Below, piece by piece: positions 46,430-53,700 of a stretch of 53,700 nucleotides of DNA. This DNA comes from Coriobacteriales bacterium. Its GTDB lineage: Bacteria > Actinomycetota > Coriobacteriia > Coriobacteriales > CADBOM01. The translations under genes were made by a program, and so were the position numbers. Numbering within the stretch: position 1 is the first letter of the stretch; every line of letters begins with the position of its first letter. The stretch spans positions 1-53,700 of the forward strand of contig JBMNUL010000001.1 in assembly GCA_050946255.1 (NCBI GenBank). The letters run 5' to 3'. The notes under the pieces are model-generated. The model worked only from the letters and a program-made list of their open reading frames with translations. It searched no databases and had not been told where the DNA came from.

Positions 46430-49093
46430 TTGTCTTTGTCAGCGAAGAAATCCAGCTCCAAGACCGCAGTCAAGTCTGCCAACAGCCGTTCCAACAAGAA
46501 CACGGCATCACGTGGTCAGACGGCATCTAGGGGCAACTCAAATTTCAGGAATTCCAAGGGGTCGGCCAGTTCCGGCAAGAAGCAGACCCCTCAGAAGAGG
46601 TCTCTCGCCAAAGACGAGCAGCCGGAGATGAGGCAGAGCCTCCTCACCCCCAGGTTGAGAAACGATCTCAAGGGTGTGGTTATCCTCGCGGTCTCTCTGA
46701 TCCTCCTGATCGCAGTGTGCATGTCAGATGACGCCATCATCACATCTTGGGTCTCGACTATCATGCACCAGGGGCTGGGGTTGGGAGCCTATCTGTTCCC
46801 GATTTTCCTCGCAGCTTTCGGAATATGCTTCTTCTTCCTTGGAAGACACGAGCTCGTCATGCCTAGAATAGCCCTGGGCATTGTGCTGATCTTCCTTTCG
46901 ATCATTACCTTGACCGGGGTAAACGCACCGAATGCCGCAGATAATCTCGACTATCTCTTCAGACCCGTTTACCTCGAGGCCTGTGGAGGCTACATAGGCA
47001 ATGGCATTGCATTCGCGATGCTCGGGCTGATGGGCCAGGTGATCTCCGATGTGATATTGGTGGCGGTCATCATCGTCGGATTGGTCACGATAGGATTCTC
47101 GATCAGCGGGTTCTTCGACTGGCTGCTCGACAAGCGCAACAGCGGCCCTACCCTGGATCAGTTCAGCGAGACCAACGCGGCTTACAGCCGTGCGAGGGCG
47201 CTTGCCGATAATGGGCAATACGCGATGGCGGCAGATGGCAACGGCTTTGTCCCGATGGCGCAGACCGTGCAGCTGCATGAAAACGGCAACGCTGCCGGCA
47301 AGACCAAGTTGCTGAAGAGGAAGAAGAATGCCGCAGTCACGCAGGTGCTGGACCCGGTGGATGCCGAAGATGCCGGGAGCTCGCAAAAGACCGTCATGTT
47401 AGACGACGAGCTGCTGCAGGGAAAGCCCAAGGACGCCGAAGTTGTTGGGAAGACCAGGAGGCTCGGCAAGAAAGACTCCGAAAGCGTTCCCTCTGAGAAA
47501 GATGGGAAGAAAGCTGTAGATGCCACGCCGGCGCTTCTGGCAGATACCAAGCCCGTTGAACACCAGGAGGGAACGTTCGAGCTTCCCGACCCGCGTATCC
47601 TCAAGAAATCCACGATGAAGCCGCATAGCAATTCCACGGAATCGGACCTTGCCGAAATGGCTGCAAAGCTTCAGGAGGTACTGCACGAGTTCAACGTCGA
47701 TGCCGACGTCGTGGGCTGGGTTCACGGCCCAACGGTCACGCTCTTCAAGGTCTCCCTTGCAAGTGGAGTGCGCGTCAACAAGGTGACCGCTCTTTCCGAT
47801 GACATTCAGCTGGCATTCGCTTCCCAGTCGGTTCGAATCTTCTCGCCGATCACAGGCACCAGCCTGGTTGGAATCGAGATTCCAAACGATTCCCGCGAGA
47901 ACGTCCTCCTCGGGGATGTGCTTCCACCGGCCGGGAACAAGCCCTTGCTCGTGGCCATCGGCAAGGATGTCGAGGGCAATGCGATCACCGGCGATCTGTC
48001 CAAGATGCCCCACCTTCTCATCGGTGGTACCACTGGATCCGGTAAGTCTGTGGCCATCAACTCCATGATCATGTCGGTGCTGATGCGCGCAACGCCGGAT
48101 GATGTCCGCATGATTCTGATCGACCCCAAGAGGGTCGAGCTCTCGCTCTACAACGACATCCCGCACCTCTACGTGCCGGTCGTCACAGATTCAAACAAGG
48201 CTGCCAGCACTTTGGCCTGGGCTGTCAGCGAGATGGAACGCCGCCTCAAGCTCTTCGAGGAAGTTGGGGCCAAGAACATCGGTCAGTACTCCAAGATGCG
48301 AGAGAAGGCGCTGGCGGCAATAGCAAAGAAGAAGGCCATGGCGGCAGATAATGCCGAGGATGATGAGGACGGGGACGAAGAGGACGATTGGGAACAAATG
48401 CCCTCGATGATGATCGTGATCGACGAGTTGGCCGACCTCATGATGGTGGCGGGCAAGGAAGTCGAGACCTCGATCAGCCGTATCGCCCAGCTCGGACGTG
48501 CTGCCGGAATCCACATGATCGTTGCAACACAGAGGCCGTCCACCAACGTCATCACCGGTCTCATCAAGGCCAACATCACGACGCGAATCGCCTTCAACGT
48601 GGCATCGGGAATCGACTCCAGGGTCATTCTCGACTGCACCGGCGCCGAGCACCTCATCGGCCTCGGAGACATGCTCTACAGCACACCGAAACTCGGGAAA
48701 CCGCTCAGGATCCAGGGCTGCTTCGTGGACGAGGGAGAGATCAACGCGGTGTGCAAGTTCTTGCGCGAGCAGGGCAAGCCGGATTACCACGAGGACATCT
48801 TCACGACCTCTGTTCCAGTACTCGAGAGCGGTGGAGGTTCGAGCAGCGGCGCAGGATCAGACGATGAGCTCCTGTGGGAAGCAGCTGAGATAGTCGTGAG
48901 CTCCAACCTCGGGTCAACTTCGGCATTGCAGCGCAGGCTCAAAGTTGGCTATGCCAGGGCCGGCAGGATCATGGACATGCTCGAGGAAAAGGGAATTGTT
49001 GGACCGGCGAACGGCAGCAAGCCCAGAGAGGTCTATGTGGATGAGCTGGAGCTGGAAAACATCAGGGCAATGGCCGAGAACGACATGCTCTAG
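46430..49093 (+). CDS. ftsK: DNA translocase FtsK
   Basis: Basic S/K-rich N-terminus, 4 TM helices, linker, motor domain with Walker A GGTTGSGKS, and a gamma domain (LQRRLKVGYARAGRIMD). TTG start is ambiguous (46430 or 46436). Confidence 0.93.
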   Translation: MSLSAKKSSSKTAVKSANSRSNKNTASRGQTASRGNSNFRNSKGSASSGKKQTPQKRSLAKDEQPEMRQSLLTPRLRNDLKGVVILAVSLILLIAVCMSDDAIITSWVSTIMHQGLGLGAYLFPIFLAAFGICFFFLGRHELVMPRIALGIVLIFLSIITLTGVNAPNAADNLDYLFRPVYLEACGGYIGNGIAFAMLGLMGQVISDVILVAVIIVGLVTIGFSISGFFDWLLDKRNSGPTLDQFSETNAAYSRARALADNGQYAMAADGNGFVPMAQTVQLHENGNAAGKTKLLKRKKNAAVTQVLDPVDAEDAGSSQKTVMLDDELLQGKPKDAEVVGKTRRLGKKDSESVPSEKDGKKAVDATPALLADTKPVEHQEGTFELPDPRILKKSTMKPHSNSTESDLAEMAAKLQEVLHEFNVDADVVGWVHGPTVTLFKVSLASGVRVNKVTALSDDIQLAFASQSVRIFSPITGTSLVGIEIPNDSRENVLLGDVLPPAGNKPLLVAIGKDVEGNAITGDLSKMPHLLIGGTTGSGKSVAINSMIMSVLMRATPDDVRMILIDPKRVELSLYNDIPHLYVPVVTDSNKAASTLAWAVSEMERRLKLFEEVGAKNIGQYSKMREKALAAIAKKKAMAADNAEDDEDGDEEDDWEQMPSMMIVIDELADLMMVAGKEVETSISRIAQLGRAAGIHMIVATQRPSTNVITGLIKANITTRIAFNVASGIDSRVILDCTGAEHLIGLGDMLYSTPKLGKPLRIQGCFVDEGEINAVCKFLREQGKPDYHEDIFTTSVPVLESGGGSSSGAGSDDELLWEAAEIVVSSNLGSTSALQRRLKVGYARAGRIMDMLEEKGIVGPANGSKPREVYVDELELENIRAMAENDML

Positions 49094-49280
49094 CCTTCCA
49101 TTCCCCCGCGCTTTCAGGGTCTCCTTTTCCCCAGATACCGTGCTATAGGCATCTGGCAACGTTGCTTCGGTAGAGAAATGCTCAAAATGATGTCCCTAAG
49201 GTTTAAACTAATAAAACGTGTGTGTCCTTGGGGCTTTGAGTTAGATTGATCAGTTTGCACTCTGTGCGAGGGTAATCGAA

Positions 49281-50387
49281 ATGTCTGAATTCGGATTTGG
49301 TGAAGAGCTTGCTAATGCCAGGAGACGGAGCGGTTATTCCGTCCAGCAGGTTTCCGATGCTCTGAGGATAAGGCCAGACATCATCCGCGCAATCGAGATG
49401 GAGGACTTCGGCAAGATGCCCGCCAAGGGCTTTGCCAGGAACCAGATCAGCGCTTATGCCAGATTCCTGGGCCTCGATTCCACGGAGCTGACCCAGAGCT
49501 TCCTCTCCGCATACAACGATTTCGAGCGCAACGCCGTTTCGAGCTACGGATATGTCACCGATTACCAGCAACCTGCAGACAGGGCATATGCCACTGCGCG
49601 CCGTGCAAGGCAATCGATGGAGGAGGAGAACTCCAGGAACCATCCAGGATCCAACCATCAGAGGCAACACAGCAGGCAGTCGGGGTTCCGTTCCGACGAA
49701 AGACGTCGGGACCAAAGACAGCGGCCTGGCGGTTCTGAGGGGTCTGGACGTGGGAATCAGAATCGTGACAGGCGGCCCCAGAGGTCGAACCGAGATGTTG
49801 GACGACCGAAGAAGTCGGTTCAAACTCGTGGATCGAAAGACCGTCGAGGTGGTCGAAACATTGGGTCAAAGGGCTTCAACCCCGGCAGGAAGAACAACAA
49901 ATATCTGCGTCGCCGAATCATCGCGATTATCATTCTGATAATCATCATCGCCGCGATTGCATTTGGGGTCAGCAGGTGCTCGAGCTCCGACAGCAACCCG
50001 AATCTGAGCAGTGATTCCAATGTCGAGGTAACCGGAGGTTCAACCACAGGTTCTACGAGCGCTCCCGATGTCTCTGCTGATGCCGTGACCGCAACTCCGT
50101 CGGTAAAGACCGCAAGTGCCACTTCGTTCACGCTGGTCGTGAGCGTGGCCGATGGGCACCAGAGCTGGGTCGAGGTCGACGTTGATGGCACCACTTCCAC
50201 CGCGGAGGAAGTCACAGGCCCCCAGGACCTCACATATACCGTCACGGATACAGCCTCGATTCAAATCGGCAACCCAGATTATGTTACCGTGACCGTTAAC
50301 GGAAACGATCAAGAGCTCACCACGTCTGACAGCGGACTGGGCGAGGTCACATTGACATTGCAAGACGGTCAGGTTACCGCCAGCTAG
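49281..50387 (+). CDS. rodZ: RodZ-like HTH / DUF4115 membrane protein
   Basis: N-terminal HTH ([30 protein letters not shown]), an R/Q/N-rich linker, a TM helix ([18 protein letters not shown]) and a C-terminal beta-rich domain. Confidence 0.75.
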   Translation: MSEFGFGEELANARRRSGYSVQQVSDALRIRPDIIRAIEMEDFGKMPAKGFARNQISAYARFLGLDSTELTQSFLSAYNDFERNAVSSYGYVTDYQQPADRAYATARRARQSMEEENSRNHPGSNHQRQHSRQSGFRSDERRRDQRQRPGGSEGSGRGNQNRDRRPQRSNRDVGRPKKSVQTRGSKDRRGGRNIGSKGFNPGRKNNKYLRRRIIAIIILIIIIAAIAFGVSRCSSSDSNPNLSSDSNVEVTGGSTTGSTSAPDVSADAVTATPSVKTASATSFTLVVSVADGHQSWVEVDVDGTTSTAEEVTGPQDLTYTVTDTASIQIGNPDYVTVTVNGNDQELTTSDSGLGEVTLTLQDGQVTAS

Positions 50388-50423
50388 CAGGTATCGTCGC
50401 TGGCTGGATTGGAAGAGAGTCGC

Positions 50424-53318
<2,895 letters not shown>

Positions 53319-53323
53319 TCCAC

Positions 53324-53700
53324 ATGGACATCGACTCCGGCCCAGACCTCTTCGACTCCTCCGAGATCTCCGACTTCGATCTCTTGGCAGATGAGAGCAA
53401 TTCCGCAAATCTTTCCCCGCTGGTTGGCAGCGAGCTCTCTCTGAAAGACCAGGTGCAGAAGGTCCCGCAGCTCCCCGGTGTGTACCTGTGGAAGGATGCC
53501 GAGGGAACAGTCATCTACGTCGGCAAGGCCAAGCAGCTCCGCAGCCGCATGATGCAATACATCATGCAGACCGACGAACGCGTGATGATTCCGTTCATGA
53601 TGGAGAAGGCGCGCTCGTTCGACTATATCGTCACCGACAACGAGCACGAAGCGCTTGTCCTCGAGAAGAACCTGATCAACCAGTACAGTCCCTATTACAA
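53324..53700 (+). CDS. uvrC: Excinuclease ABC subunit C, N-terminal fragment; open to the window end and absent from the ORF track
   Basis: My own translation from the ATG at 53324 gives MDIDSGPDLF...PGVYLWKDAEGTVIYVGKAKQLRSRMMQY...EHEALVLEKNLINQYSPYY, a GIY-YIG domain. There is no stop before 53700. Confidence 0.9.
   Translation, partial: MDIDSGPDLFDSSEISDFDLLADESNSANLSPLVGSELSLKDQVQKVPQLPGVYLWKDAEGTVIYVGKAKQLRSRMMQYIMQTDERVMIPFMMEKARSFDYIVTDNEHEALVLEKNLINQYSPYY

Overview
This is a chromosomal, mostly housekeeping window from a moderately GC-rich Gram-positive genome. Gene order (glmS-acpS-alr-tsaE-tsaB/D, lexA next to nrdR, rapZ-yvcK-whiA-gap-pgk-tpiA-secG), Shine-Dalgarno usage and TCGAAC-N4-GTTCGA SOS boxes point to Actinomycetota, probably a Coriobacteriia-like anaerobe. 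That taxonomic call is inference only. I support about 50 CDS, including a uvrC 5' fragment that the ORF track misses because it runs off the window. I also support 5 tRNAs (Ala-CGC, Leu-GAG, Cys-GCA, Gly-GCC, Val-GAC), one preQ1-I riboswitch, three LexA boxes with back-to-back promoters, several intrinsic terminators and a set of short intergenic tandem duplications. I found no transposase, integrase, CRISPR array, prophage, toxin-antitoxin pair or recognisable defence system. Nothing here can be honestly called a clear new multi-gene system. The best leads are listed here. (1) A LexA-box-controlled promoter, divergent from lexA, drives a 96-aa tail-anchored membrane protein of no family I recognise, a candidate SOS division inhibitor, possibly preceded by a 34-aa Cys-rich sORF. 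(2) Four URO-D/MtaA-like paralogues have no corrinoid protein nearby, and only one keeps an H-x-C zinc motif. (3) TsaB and TsaD are fused and rimI is absent. (4) AcpS and Alr carry long acidic low-complexity extensions. (5) Tandem duplications recur at or just after stop codons, and one is in frame. (6) glmS has a long leader with alternative pairings that does not look like a canonical glmS ribozyme. CDS coordinates follow the ORF track, with starts re-chosen by RBS or homology logic. Hand-counted non-CDS coordinates may be off by 1-2 nt.
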